A stretch of 64,000 nt of DNA, taken from Yuukianura sp. NJ FZ-2021. Taxonomy: Eukaryota. The notes below the pieces were generated by a model. It did not search any database. It worked only from the letters and a program-made list of their open reading frames with translations, and was not told the origin of the DNA. Positions within the stretch are counted from its first letter, which is position 1. The number at the start of each line of letters is the position of its first letter. A program made the position numbers and the translations under genes. Below are positions 1 through 14,700 of this stretch, piece after piece. The stretch spans positions 2,852,001-2,916,000 of the forward strand of contig CM102285.1 in assembly GCA_046563655.1 (NCBI GenBank). The letters run 5' to 3'.

Positions 1-3000
1 CACTTCACAAGTCACAAATGACACTTTGTGTGGAATTTTGAATTTGACGGGAGAAGAGGAGATTAATTTGGGAAAAACAAAAAGACTTTTCCGCTACTTT
101 TCCCAAAATTGTATTTTCTGTCCTGCTGTCTGTCGTTTCCGACGAAGAGCGTAGTCATGCTTTGGCATTAATTCCCCCTAAGCTCCCTTTTCCATTTGTT
201 TTTAATCTCATCATCACTCCTGACACGAGAGATGACTTTTCGGTTGTTACTTCATGACACTTATGAGCCCTCTTTGTGGGGGGATTGTGCGCATTCCCCC
301 CACCCACTTTTTGTTTTGTGTCACACTTTGTGTGCACTGAAGTACTTTTAGTTTCAATTTATTCTTTTCTGAAATTCAAAATCCACCCAAAAAACAAACG
401 TTGTGTACTTGTCTATTGTGTTTTTGGAGAAAGTAAATAAAAAATTCCATGACCTGAACAGGTCATGGAATTTTGAACAATTTGTGAGCAGCGCCCTCTG
501 TGCAGGCTTCAAAAGTGGTTGTTTTAACTTTGCCTGACTGAACTTGGCATTTGGTTTAGTTTTAGAATGCATGGAAGTGAAAGTGTAATTTCTGAGAAAG
601 TGAAAGTGGAGAAATGATGAGGCGAATGACACTAAGCATGTCCATGTTCGTGCTGGTTGTAAAGCAGCGTTTTGGGAGATTCAAAGTTCCCTCGGTTCCC
701 ATTAACATTTGGAAAGAGAGGGGCCTTAATTACATGGAGAGTGGGGCACTTTAAGGGCTTTTTTGGTGGGTCGAAGCGGAGAGGGAGTTGCCCGTTATGA
801 AATGGGCAACTTTTTCCGTTTCCCGCCCTCTCTGCATCGACGGCTCAAAAGCGGGAGTCCATTTGAAAGCGGAAGTTAAACGGGGGTCTTTGTAACAAAC
901 ATTTCAACTTTATTACCCCACACCCTCCTCTACTTACACAACCTAACCTAACTACTAAGTACTAACTTCCATGTAGTACTACATATCGTAGAGTCCTTGA
1001 CTTAAATGGGAGGAGGGAGACTTTGAATCTTCCCTCCACCTCGCAAGTCCTACTTGTCACAGATGACTGAACGCAACGGAACCTCATTCATGTCCAAAAC
1101 ACCGCGAAGGCGAAGAGTCCTTTACCGACCGTGACTTCCTACAGCGACACTCTAACTTTTAACATATTGCCTAACATAGAAAAGTACTAACGCACGTTAG
1201 GCTACTAACCGAACTAACCTAATCTAACTAAAACTTAGCCTAAATGTTGCAAATAATCGAAAACTTAACCTAAATCTTATAATAGTCAAAATATTTCTCA
1301 CTAAAACTGTTGGAGAAAAGAGAAAATGTGAAGGACAGGGTAGTTTTCGAGGTCATTTTTTTAGATTCTGATTACTCTAGTTTCAGTTGTATTTTTGGAC
1401 GTTTAGGTTAGTTAGTTTATGTTTTGAGATGTTAGGGTTGTTGGGTTATGTTTTGAACTGTTGTGCCTCATCATAAATTATAGGTTGGAGTGAAGAAGAA
1501 GCCGTTGCCATGGTTTTGGTGGGTCGTTAGTAGGGGATTGGTTGAGTTTATTATCCACTCTATTCCTGGTGGAACCCTGCTGAACAGAATCCAGGATAAT
1601 TGGATTCACTCTGTCTCAAATGGAAGTTCCTTCATTACTTCCCTTGGACCACGACTTTGATTTCCCAAGTCCATTGTGGCCAAAAACCTAACCTAACCTA
1701 AGGAAGACTCAATATGTGCCAGCAAAACAGAAGAAAACATCCTGGACTTCAAGTCCACTGCTTCAGATTTATTTTGATGAGGCTTAAACCCTCCTCTCGG
1801 ATCACCTCACAAAAAAATTGAACGGTTTGACGGCACAAAAGAACGTCCAATTTATCTTCCTCAAGTCCTCATTTTCTCCAACCTAACGAACTAACCTTAT
1901 AGCCTAACAAGTCAACTTCAAAAAAGAAACAATTTTGAAACAACTCAAACTGTAAACCCAAAAAAGTACAGAGTCATTGCAACAACAACCTTGAAAAACT
2001 ACTTTTCAGTATTCTAGGTTTTCAGTATTTGTTACTTTTTGATGAACTTTGACCCAGTTTTACGACTTTTCTCAAAGTTGGCTTAAAAGTATGAGCAAAA
2101 TGAGTTCGTAACCTACAAAAACGTAACCTAATCTTAACCTAACTTGTCTATGTACGCCACGTGGAAACCCTTATTTTACGCCTCTTTTTCAATTTCCTCC
2201 CGGGTATTTAATTTTCGGATAAAGTTTCAATTTTCTCAGAGGTTTCTTTTCGTAAAAATGAGAGACCAGAGTCATCAAAGAGCTTAAGTTCTGGAAGACA
2301 TTTGGGGAAGAGCATTTTTTTGGATGTTCAAATATTTTATACGTTTGGAGAGCTCCGTAGGTGAAGAGGTAGGTTGGAACTAATGAAAAAATAATATGAT
2401 AATCCTGTAAGCTCCTTCCCCAGTTACTAAAAGTGTATCAAAGTGCCTGAGGAGAGAGATTCCACCATTTCTGCTTCATCTCCACTCAGACACTGTGCCC
2501 AAGTAATCATACTAAACTATCAACAGGATTTTAAGCTCATGACAAAGTGACTGCCGAGGAGAGCGGGAACTTTCAAAAAACCCGTTTTTCAAAAACGGGA
2601 ACTTTAGAAAGGAGAAGAGGCCGTGGACGGTCTCATTATCATAAAAGTCGGGACGAACTTTCTCCCGGGAGTTTCCCGGCGGCTTAAAAGTCACGTCATT
2701 TTAACTCGCATTTTCTCATATGATTCCACTTTAGTTTCAATTTAGCCAAAAATTGTTTCACTAACTCCCCAAATCAAAAAAAAAGCTATTTTTTTTAAAT
2801 TTCAAATTTTTTTAAGAAATTTTTTTCAAAAAGGTAGCCCGTTTAAACCGGCGTTAGTTCTGTCGTTTCAAAGTAAAAACTTAAAAAACCCACTTTCCTT
2901 TTCTTCTAAAACCCAATTTCGTAGTTTGATGATGATGAGGAACCGGGAGACTGACTTGATGAAAAGGCGGGTAAAACGTCTGACTTTGAAGAGAAAAGCG

Positions 3001-3470
3001 ACTTTTGTGGAGGAAACAAAGAAGAAAGTGGAGATTTCTTTTTTATTTTCTCCGCTCCTGCCTCATTTCTAGTCATTTGGAGACGCGCGGGAGTTTAAAC
3101 GAGAAAAGGATTGAAAGGCGTCTGGCCCTTCAAGTCCCCAGATTTCTTTTATTTGGACTCTCCGCACTTTGTGGCTTTCTCCTCTCCTCCTCCTCGTCCT
3201 CTGATCTCATCTTGTATCACTGTCTGCCCAGAGTCAAACTGAAGAGAAAGTGAAGACAAGACCAAAGGCGCTAATTATCCGGAAGCATTAGATCCTACTT
3301 TGAGGCTTGGTCAGCTGGAACAGGAATCCACGCAATATCATTCCCTCACTCCCTTTGATCAAATTCCACTCTCTACCAGCCAAGCTAAAACTTTTCCAAA
3401 AAAGGAAACGAAAAAGGTTGCAATTTCAAAAAAAAAGTACAGTTCTTACCAAGGTTGCTATAGCAACCAA

Positions 3471-3635
3471 TCTACAACAGGTTGTCCAATAACTCAGGGT
3501 TTCCAAAAATATTACTTCAAACAGCACCACCAATCCTATTTACAAGACGTGCAAATTACCATTATCCAAATTACCATAAGAAGCAGGTTTCCTACCTTCA
3601 TAGAAACTTTGAGTTATTGGAGAACCTAGTGTAGA
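3471..3635. mobile_element. MITE-like element with ~30-bp imperfect TIRs, family copy 1
   Basis: tctacaacaggttgtccaataactcagggtttc ... gaaactttgagttattggagaacctagtgtaga; related copy at 35034-35279. Confidence 0.65.
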
Positions 3636-6600
3636 AAACGTTTTTTTTTTGTTTACGAACCTTGGTTCTTATTTCAGTTCGGTTTAGCTTGGCAAACATT
3701 CGTCTCCAACAGACTAAATATTGAAACAGAAGATGAAGATGAAAAATTCAAATGCCAAATACGAAATATTATATCTTTCGAGTAGTATTTTCGTCAGGAA
3801 AATTCGAGTTGAGAGACAGATTTTGAAAAAATGAAACAGAATTTCTTTTCGTTTTTTTTTATTCCAATTTTGAAAAAGTTGAGTTGACAACTAAGAACGA
3901 GGAAAGCAAAGTAGCAGTTGAGGGGTTTCTGCTTCCATTTTCCCTGACGTCTCTCCCTCTTTCTTAAGCCTTTCACTCCAGATCGTGACTTTTGAACTCT
4001 GCGTTTCCCGCTACTTTTTGAATTTTATACAAATGGGACTTATTATTTTTCAAAAAAGGAATTCTTCAAGAATCTCTGAGCCTGGGAAATTCAGATTCTG
4101 AAGAGGGTTCCTTACTCTCTTTTATTTCAAAATGACACTTGACTTGAAGTTTCCATTGCATTCGCGTCCTTAATTGCGCCATATCAAACCGTATTTTCAA
4201 AAAATGTTTTCTAGTTTTATGTTCAAACTTTAAAGCTTTTAAGGGCAGCTCACACTCCACTTCTCCACTTTTGTCTAAAAAGAGAAAGTCTTTCTGCTCG
4301 AGTCACGTACGAAGGCTACAAGTCTCCTTATTTTAGTCATATAACAATGAAAAGAGTTCGTAACCTCTTTTCAAAAATATTCAAAATAACCCATTTGAGC
4401 AAAAGTGGTTTTTAGAAAAGTGCTCAAGCGCACGTTCTGGAGAGACATTTAAAAAAGAGGCTTCGTTTCTTGAGAATGTGCTTCAGTTTTTGAGCTTTCT
4501 CCAAAATTGTAAAATTAAACCCTTTTATTCTCATATTTTTAAACATTTAGAATACAGAAAGTGCTTTTTAAGAATTACGTTTTTTAAAAATCAAAGTAAC
4601 GGTATTGCTTTGGTTGAGCATTAAGGGCCCGCAGGCGTCATAGCGTGATCGGAAACAACAAAGACTAAACGGTTATAAGAATTTCTAGATTTCGAATTTT
4701 GAAGAAAATTTTCAAATCATGCATGCAAATGTCTTTCCATTTAAACTTTTCAATGTACAATGGCCACACCGCAATGCAAGAATATAATTTCTGTGCGACT
4801 GTTGCTTTTTGCTTAGGTGTTAATTGAGGTGAATTGCCCAGTTTTTCCGGCATTCCTTTTTCATGTCTTCTTACTTTTGAAAAACAAAATATTTCTGCGT
4901 GTGGTCATAATGCTCCAAGGCCTCTCCAGTTTCTTCAAGTTATTTAGTAAAGTGAGAATAAATTGGAAGGTGCATAGTATAATCAAGGTGTCATTAAACC
5001 CCTCATTTTGTCGCCCATCTTTGGTGATGAATGTGCTTGTTTCCACGTTCCGTAATAATAGAGATGGGCATTAGTCGATGAGAGGTGTCCGGGGTCATTG
5101 TCCAGAAGTGGACAAGTCGCTCTGAGGTGCTGGACATGGCTCTGAATAATAGAAACGACATAATGGATCGAATTTCACCACCTTGCTACAAACAGCATTC
5201 ACTTTCTATCAAAATTGTGGTGAGACAGACAAAATTTTGTATTCAAAATCACCGTCTCAGCCTGATTTTGTTTAAAACTTTATCATATTCTTAGTTAATT
5301 TTTTTGGTTTGCAAAATAAGATTCGAAAGATGATGATTTGGAATTTGAAAATGTAGACGACGGTTGTTTGAACGTTAGCGGAAGAAACTTTCTTCTTGGC
5401 TGAGTAAACATAAACAGACGGAGAGAAATAGATTCCTTGAGCATTGAGCAAACAATAATCCATTGCAGAATGGATATCCATTTTGGATTGGATGTGCAAG
5501 GCAGACATGGGCACAAAAGGATATTTTTGAGTGACAATCGTCCGGAGTTGGGCAAATGTTTGGTGTTTTTCTTCTTTTTACATTCGTTTTTTTCTATTTC
5601 AAAACCATGCAACCCATTTCAACTTTTCATGCTGGACTGTAAATGTTCCTAAGCCAGGTTCGACTCTACACCGCCCCCGCAATTCCTAAAAGTTGCGTGC
5701 ACGGGTTTTCGTTTTGTCCATGTTGTCATGCTTGTCATTTTTGGACACTTCTAGACATGTCCAAATGTCGTCTCGACAACGTCCAAAAACACAAGGCACA
5801 AGACAATCTACAAATCTATGAATAAATTAATTCTCGCGTTTTTTGATGGATGTTTCCCGCTTCAATGTTTACCTTTTTCGCGTCTAACCAAAAAGTTTTG
5901 TCGAATTTTTGTTCCAAACTTTTTCCTAAATGCAAACACGGCAGACGGTGTGCAAACAGAGCAAGAAGAATAAGATGGATCGTCGGTTTGGTTGACATTG
6001 TGGCTCTCGAATTCCATTATCGTTTCGCCTCAAACTCGGAATTTTTTTTTAAATTTGAAGATGGGGGAAGAAGAGACATTTCCTGCAGAAATCGGAGTTT
6101 TTTGAAGTGGAGTGAAAGTGTAGTGGCGGGAACTCGTTTGCATGCGGCGACTTTAAAATTCGGGTTTATTGAATCGGATCTTTCAAAAGTGCTTTCTCTC
6201 TCCAGAGTTAGCAGAGGCGGAATCTATTGAATTTAAAGAGAGAACGTGCTTTCTCCCGGGGAAATGCTCTGCTCCTTGTAGCACGGAAAGTTTCAAAAAT
6301 TCAAAAAAAGAAAGATTTTTTACTTTTTTTCAAAGTGTATTTATTTTTCCAGACTGCTGGAAAGTTGTAAATGTGAAATGGAGTGTCTTAATACAACATT
6401 GTCACATTCACCACAAAACTCTTTGTTATAATTTTTTTTTCCATTTTTTGAAACGTATGATTTTGAAATTGTGACGAGAACAAAAGACTGGCAGACTAGT
6501 TCTATGGCCTCATTATTTTGAGCTCGGTTCAGTTCAAGAGGATCATTATAGGGGCAATACAGAATTTTATTATATTGGATTCTCCATTCCTAACCAACCC

Positions 6601-8631
6601 CAGAGGCACAAGCTTTTTTCTCAAATTGAACCAGAGTCACTCTAGCGCTAGTTTTGAATTTTCAAAAAAAAAATTTGAAAGGCAGACTCCCTCCTGTGAG
6701 TGTCAACTTCACAGAACCTCCAAGGTAGTTCGGTAGTAGAAAACGCCTGTTTTTGAATCCAGAGGCAACGACTATTATCTCCACTTGACTTTCCCGCCAC
6801 CTTCAAAATCCTATTCTTCTCCTTTTTGCTTGCTCCTGCCTAATAACCAGCAGAGTCAGACATACTACGAGTGACAATGGGATTCTGGAGATCACGATTT
6901 CCATGGAAAAGGGGAGGGGGGTTGAGTGTTGCAGCGCGGGAAAAGCAAAGAACGTTCCGATTTATGATCTATCCCTATTAGACTCTCGTTTTATTGTCAA
7001 CTGTCAAAAAAGCAAGAGAGGAAGCGCTATGGAGGGAAAGCAGATTCAAATCACCCGCTTCCTTCTGCCTCCTGGAAGTATCGACGACTTGGATATAGCG
7101 CCAAGTCGTTTTGAATTTTATGGCTTCTTTTCACAGCCACCTTCACTTTCTGTTGTGCTGCTCAAAAAATAAGCAGAACAAGACTCGTTTTTTTTACCAA
7201 CGAAAACGTAAACCTGGAATAACATTTGGATTTTTCAAAATAGAAAAATATATAACGGGACGACTAACACAAAATATACGTTTTCCTGCTTTCTCTCTCT
7301 TGCACTAACGCTAACATTTTCGGATTTGAATTCTCCCGCCTGTTAGCAGGGGTGTTAGACTTTCTAGAGAATGTTCAGATTTTGTCATTGTCATCATTCT
7401 TCTGCTCCTTCATTTATTCACTTCAGTTGCATCAGGCGAGGAGGTCAGGACAGGAGAAGCTAAACTTCTTTGAGCAAATATTCATGAGAACATATAGCTT
7501 CTACTGAAGAGAAAAAAAACGTAAAAAGGCAGGAGGGAAAAACCCGCTTTTTTGAAAATCCGAATGTGTCACTTTCACTATCATCACTTTCACTCCTCCA
7601 AATCCATATTCACTTTTTCCTTGAAGGAAAAAAATACAACGTTAACGACCGATGGCGTACGAAAAGAGAGTGAAATTTTGAAATTCTCTATTTACGTATT
7701 TTCTCATTTCAATAAATAATTTTTCGGTTAATAAATAAGTAATAAACTCTCCTAGGACTCTGCACAAACTTGCATTGTTAAATGGACACTGCTGTTTTAA
7801 ATTTTCAAAATTACCGCACACAACGCTAAAACGGCAATTCCTGATGATGCAACTTTGTTTTTTCGTCGAACAAACCTTTACAGTAAGTTTTAAAGCAACG
7901 TACACGGGGTAGATAATTACCTTGATAACACAGCCATATCCACATTATAGAGTCGTTAACGCAGCGCGCCAAAGTCGTTACTTTTGAAAACCGAATGCTA
8001 AAATTCTAGATATTTCCTGCTAAATTGGAAAACGTAGACATTTTCTAGCAAAAACCTAAGTTTATGTTTTTGAATTTGAGGTCGTTGGTTGTATTTGAGA
8101 GAGAAACAAGATTCAGAACAGAATTAATAGCAAGTTGTGGTTTCTTGTGAGAGTGAGGCTTAAGGAGAGAGCGGAGTAATTAGTCATTAGAGTCACCGGA
8201 AAAGGCTGAATTGTCTCTTGCGAAAACACAATGGTTCCCCTTGTCTCAATCTCTGTCGACCTCATGTCTCCCGTTCCCTCATACGAAACAAAAAGGCCTT
8301 GGGAGCGGGTTGGAGCGGGAAGATTTATGAGCGGCTTAGGCCGCGTATACCTATTTAGTGGATGGAACAATCCATCAAGGCAACCACTCCACTTGGACCC
8401 ACTAAATCATCACCATTTATTCACTTGCATTACTCAGACACCGGCTGGGGACTTGGTCAGAAAGCGGATTGAGGATTTCCTCAGCCCTCAGTCGAATCCT
8501 CATCCTTAGTCAACCAAATTGACGTCTTTAGTTTTGTATTTCACAAGCCTTTAGCACTTAGTTTTGTAAAAGAAATTTGAACCCTCTTTTACTACAAGAA
8601 AAAGAATTTTACGCTGCCTCATTTTTTTTCG

Positions 8632-8753
8632 CTCAGAAAATGAGGATTTCCTCTTTCGCTCACCAATCAAAGATTTTCTGCTGAATCGTTTTCTCTTTCT
8701 CTCAAAAAATGAGGATATTCTCTTTCCCTCAAAAAATGAGGATTTTTCTTTCC
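8632..8753. repeat. Short ~27-bp minisatellite, three units
   Basis: ctcaaaaaatgaggat(a/t)ttctctttcc-like units at 8632, 8701 and 8728. Confidence 0.7.
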
Positions 8754-11700
8754 ATAGGGAAAGGAGAAGGCTTTTAGGCTCACTCAAAATTTGTTTTTGT
8801 TGGTTTTTCTGCTATAGGACTTTTTTTTTAGTACAGGGCGGTCGATTTTGAAATGCTTTTTGTTGGCCATTTTGATTTATGGAATTGAGACAAGTGGACA
8901 ACTGAAATGGGGCGCAGGATTATTAAGGACTGGGCGGTATTTGAAGAATCTTTTAAGATGCGCAGACTCAGGTCAATAATTTATGTGAGCCTGAGTGGAA
9001 ACAGAATCAATAAATTCCAAAATCAGAACTAGCGCTTAAACTTTTCAAGAGACTACAAAACCGTCTCTCCCTAAAAACTGACTTGAACTTTTGTAATTTA
9101 AGACTTTTGTCTCCTCTACTCTCTTTTTATTCGTTTCAAAATGTTCTCAAAATAGAAATTATTTCTAATCAACAGATTTATGTCTCCTTTCAACAGTTTC
9201 TATTTGAACTTTCCAATTTCGTTTCTTTTGTGACAACAAAATGAACTTTAGATGACAACAAAAAGAAACATTTCTGTTTCGGCGCAACCAAAATCCAAAA
9301 TTTCTGGTAGCTTCTTTTCATGACATCCCGCAGTGCGTTTCCAATGGAAAAAGAGCCGGAAATGGATACAGATGGATGAAAATGTCTTAATTATAAATTT
9401 ATGAGAACAGCTCAACGCACAATGGGGACAAAAGAGAAGCGGGAGATTTTGAAGAGGGCGCGAGGATTTGAAAAGGTTTTGTTTAAAAGACGACCACGAT
9501 ATAGAGATTTGATCCTGCGATGACTCTGTCTTCTATTCAGTTCCCGATTTCATGCTCCTCACTCCGCTAAGTTCAAAGTCCGATTTCCGTCTGCCGCCAT
9601 TATTTAAAATTTGGTAAAAGATCGTAATGCTTAGCATGTTCTGAACCAAACCACAACTACTACTGTCACGGAACGAATAAAGTTCAAACGGCGGGAGGGA
9701 AATTCAAATTGAGTTCATTTCCACTACGACCACTAAAAGTTCTTATCTCGTTGGGACAAAACGAAAAACCTCAACTAGCCACACCATTTCCTGCATGTTA
9801 ATTTTTTAGGGGAGCGAAAAAAACACTTTCCTACGGGGCTATTTTCAAGTGTCTGAAAAAAGCTATCGAAATTTTTTGAATTTCCCGGCACCATGATTTG
9901 CTAGCGACTACGTTTAAGTGAAAGGGCCTTTTTAATAAATGGAAGTTTCGTTCTTAACATTGGAAATAGTGCGTGCCAAAAGTGGATAATGGACTGGATG
10001 TACAATGCCTTAATTTTGTGCTTTCTCTTTCACTTTCACTTTTTCTGTCCAATAATGGTCGATCCAAAGAGCTGATTACCACCCTAATAACCCTAACCAT
10101 TACTCAGTTTTTATTAGGTAGGCTTAAGTCCCCTTGTCAATTATTCCTACAAATACGATTTTCATCAAATTCTAACTTTCGCGCCATTTACATTTTTATC
10201 ACCTTACTTCGAATGAAATGCTTATAGGCACAGTTTTAAAAAAATTTTCACCAAGTAAAGTTTCGTGACGGTTCCATAAAAATCGAAACTGTTTTTTTTC
10301 CTAGTTTTTTTTTTTACTTTGCTTGTCGGAAGTCCGAGTTAAAAAAAAGGGCGAGTTGAATTGAAATTTTTGTGGAATTATGATTTGGAGCCCTTTGCCG
10401 TGAAAATTGTGTTTTGACGATAGTGTGAAATGAGTTGGATGTTTGTAACGTGTGAAAGTAATCATTCTAACGACACTTTGGCACGCAGAGCAGCCCTGTG
10501 GCCTTCTGTTCCGTTTGCTCGTGTATCATTTTCAGAAATTCAGTAGTGGAATCACGTAGATAAATTTTGTTTCCGGACCATGGCACCTGCTCCTCTGAAT
10601 TTCTATAAACTCAAACGTAACCCGATAATCCAATGCCAGATCAACTTCCACAGGCACTTACTTTTTACTTACATAAATTTAAAAAAATACATCACAAAAC
10701 ACAAAAGAAAATGCATATTGTAAATTTTGAGGTCCGGACTGCTGCCGTAATTTTTTGAGTTTTCATAATTCTGCAAACTTTCCGCCCGTTTTTTGTAACT
10801 TTTTTGTTACGTTGCATTTTTCTCCCCACGCAACTTCAGTTTCTAGTATTCTGAGGCTTGATCTGTCTTTAGCCAAAAGACCAATTTGGAAGTTTAATAT
10901 AAGAAGATTTGTGGGTCTGGCAAGAGGTTCCGAAAGTCAAATTCCTCCTTTCACTTCACTTTCCTCCTTTCTCCGTCTGCATAAGTCTAGTGCTTATGGT
11001 TTGGTTAGGCAGGAGGAGGGAAAGTTCAAAATTATGAGAAAATGCTTCCATGTTATTCCAAGGACTCTCCCCTTCCGCCAGATTTAGAAACCAAAAATAT
11101 TCTACGCTCCACTTTCACTTTACTAAAACTTTGTTCCACCAAACTAATAGCAAACCTCAAAGTCTTCCTTTTTCATTCTCCAGAACCTTAACTTTCGCTT
11201 CTAATTACACTTTTCCAGCTTTCCAAATTTCATGCGCAGAAACCAAAACTTAAAATAGAAAGTTCATAAAATTCAGTTTTTTTTCAAACTAGAAAATTTG
11301 AACTTGGGCAACAAAGTCGCATTACTTAAGCCGCATGAACTCTTTCATATCAAAGAAGGCGAAGAAGAAAATGGGAACCTTTGAGACTTTTCTTGGCGCA
11401 TATTTTTTTAAACTTAAAAGAAAAGTACGCAATCGGGGAAAGTTCCATTTTTTCATCCTGTTAAGAGTTTAAGTAGCTAAGGGTTTCCTCTCAACATCCA
11501 TTTGAATGTATAACCTTAACAGCCTTTACTACTTTCTCTCTTCACGAAACAGTACAGTACTGCTGAAGATTTTCAAAAAACGAATTTAGGAAAGTTCTGA
11601 AAGTTGCTGGGTTTTATTCCGTTTTGTTCGAAATTTGAAACTACTCCGGAACCTTTATTTGCTTTTGTTCGCACTATTCCCGTGGAGCTTCTTCTTTTAT

Positions 11701-14700
11701 ATTTGTCTCCTGCTTGCTCCCATTGTATTCCACATGCACCTTCCTCTCTTTCCGTTTACTTTCTCCAATTTAGGTTACTAAAATAGCGGACTCTCGCAAA
11801 AGCGAAGGCGGAGAAACCCATTGTTCTTTCATTCTGCTACAAAAAGTTCTTTTGAAATAATAACTTTGTTCTCTTTTGTAAGTGAAAGTCCTACAAAGCT
11901 CATTGCATCCATTTTCATTTTGAATGGAAACTCGAGTCAATGTTTTAACATGTGAACAGGAGGCGACAAAAGTTTCAGATGAAAAGTCGTAACAATTTTA
12001 CCAAAGCTTGAAAAGAAGTGTTGAATCGATAAATTCAAAAATGAGATCAAACTGCACTGAAATTGTCTTGTGTTACGTGAGTTTGCCGATTCTTCATCTG
12101 AAAACTTTTTGTTAAATAAGTTCAAAAGTTCGTCAAAAACCTTTGACTGTTTTTGTTCAATTCAAAAAAGTCCCGCACTTTTGTGATGTGGTTGACAACA
12201 AAATTGGGAAAGTTGGAGAAACCTTGGTTAAACTTAGGCAGTCTTTACCTTTCTCCGGTGAAACTTTTACAGAAAAAGAGAAAGTTGGGGAGAAAAGATG
12301 ATGTAGTGAAAGTGACATGCCTTCAGCATAGGTTATGCTTACTCGGAATTACGAAACTTCCAGTAAGAAATCTATGGAAATTACTCCAGGGCACTCTGCC
12401 CAGCTATGCGTTCATAGGCAGACGCAGAGTTGGGCACATTTTGAGAACTCCCGACTCCATTTCTATCTTAGACAAACAGTGCAAGGTTCTCTGTCTAGTC
12501 GTTAAGAAATGATATGTGGAAGCTCTTTGCACGCTTCACATGTTGTATTATAGTCTTTCTTTTTGGGGGAGGGGGATGGAACGATGCATAAAAATGGAGC
12601 GAGTGCGGCGGGAACTTATGAATGAGTGAAATCCGCTCAAAGTCACGAGGACAAAGATAATGTCACATAAATCCCTTTATTGCCATAATCTATGTCCAAC
12701 CTAACCAAACTTTCACTCTCCATGCTCTCGGCATGCATATGGAAAATGCGCAAAAACTCCCTCGACGACTGACTTTCACTCTTTGCATAATGCACCTCAT
12801 AACACTTCTTATGTAATCTGCACATCAGAGATCACCTCATTAGAAACAATGACGACCAAGTCAAAATTCAATTTTTAAATTTTGGCGCCTCTTTTACTTT
12901 TAGCACAAATATAAGTCTTTGAATTTCTGCGGGAAAATTCCTCTGAGAGTAACGCAAAGGTTATTTTGCCTTAAGAGGTGGCGTAATACCTCATGTGTTT
13001 TTTAAATTTTACAAAAAAGTTCAGTTGCATTTCTGGGTATCGTAACCATAACAGTGTAAATGATTTTTACACATTTGACGTAAGAAAATGTTTCCAAAAA
13101 TTTTATTTTTTGAAATTGGTAGCAACGGTACTCAATTTTTTTTGTTATTTTTATTTTTTTGATGAACAACTGAGGTATTACGCAACCTGTTAGGAAAAGT
13201 AAATGGTTATCAAAGAACCTTGGAGTAACCCAGTTATTTCTCTTTTTTGTATGGTTGTTTTATTGTACCTAAGGCTTTTTGAATTTGAATGTCTCAAATA
13301 CCGGGTAGCACCTGAAAGAACTTTTGGCTTTCTCCTCTCGACATGAATTTTTTGTTTGGATCTCTCGACTGATGATTCGAGTGGGAAATATTCCACATGG
13401 TGTGAAATATAAGGCAGAACCTAAAGAATGATGGGCTTATCCATATTTATGGTTATTCCATCTTCAGACTCAAACCCACCACCGACAGCCCCACCAAGAG
13501 CCACCGCGGTGAAAGTTAATATAAGAAGGAGGGGGAAATATAAATGCATTTTCCTCTTATCCTGACACATCCGGCTGACGGCAGAGCTTTCTTTGGGGAA
13601 CGGAATCCTCAGAACAAAATCGAAAACGAATTTTTGTCCCTCCTTTTCCTCGCACTCAAAAAATAGAGAAGAGCTGAGATGAAATTGGATGAATATTGAT
13701 TTGATTTTAACTCAATTCAAAAAGTTTACTTTTTTAAAAATAAAAAATAACACAATCGATTTCAACTTTTCCTAGCTCAAAACATCACTTTTAAAAAATT
13801 GACAATAAATAATTTTATTTTTCGGCAGAAGCTGAAATTTGAAAATTTAAAACAAACGAGGTCAAATTCCTTTTTGCAACTTGTTTCTGCATGTCTAAAT
13901 TATAAAGTTTTAAAGAACGTTTCCTGTGTCTTTTTCAGTGTAAAAGTAAGTTACAAAGTTTATGTTTTTCCTCTTAACATTTTTTAAACTTACTTTACGG
14001 ACCGATGCATCATGTTTCCTTCAGTTTACGTCTCTGTAATTATCCTCATTTTTCCAACTCGTGCTTCGATCCAACCTGATAAAACTTTTAAAACTTTTCA
14101 GTTTTTTTTTCAAATTTGAATTGGTTAACGAACAACAAGGAAGTTCCTATTCTTTAAAAAACGAAAACGGAAAGCACGAACAGAATAAAGAATGAAATTT
14201 TTGTCCGTAAGTTTTGGACGACCGCATAAAGAATTGTTGTCTGATTCATGAGGGATTCACATTAGGTGGAGCATTATAAACATTTTAAAATTGGCGGGTT
14301 CGTTTGAAATCGTTTTTCGAAGTTAGGTCTCAACATTATTCCGCCCTTGGAGGTTAGCAAACGAAAAAAAAGTTGACGTTTGATCTCGTTAGAAAGATGA
14401 GGGGAGTTTTAGGTTGAGCCAGAATTGCCAAGTCCGATTACTCGTCTGATGATGATGATGGAGAAGATTGGAAAACGAAAGAGGCTGCTTGATCATCTTC
14501 AAAAAGTTAGGTTAGGCTTTTTCCAACGAAGTTGTGGATTACAGTGCGGCTCAAATGGAATGGAAACGAGATTAAATGATTCCCAGGCCTGAGTTTCGCA
14601 ACTCCAAAAGCCAAAACTTATTTCCATGTCAAATCAAATCAAATTCAACTTCAATTAAGGTCATTTCGAACAAAAACATTTCTGGAAACATTTTTTTCGA

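Noticed and set aside
1484-1660. Open frame after a tag acceptor (VGVKKKPLPWFWW...)
   Set aside because: No upstream exon or homology identifiable.
5634-5666. tRNA-Tyr-like ggactgtaaat plus B-box ggttcgactc
   Set aside because: No A-box, D-arm or acceptor stem can be formed.
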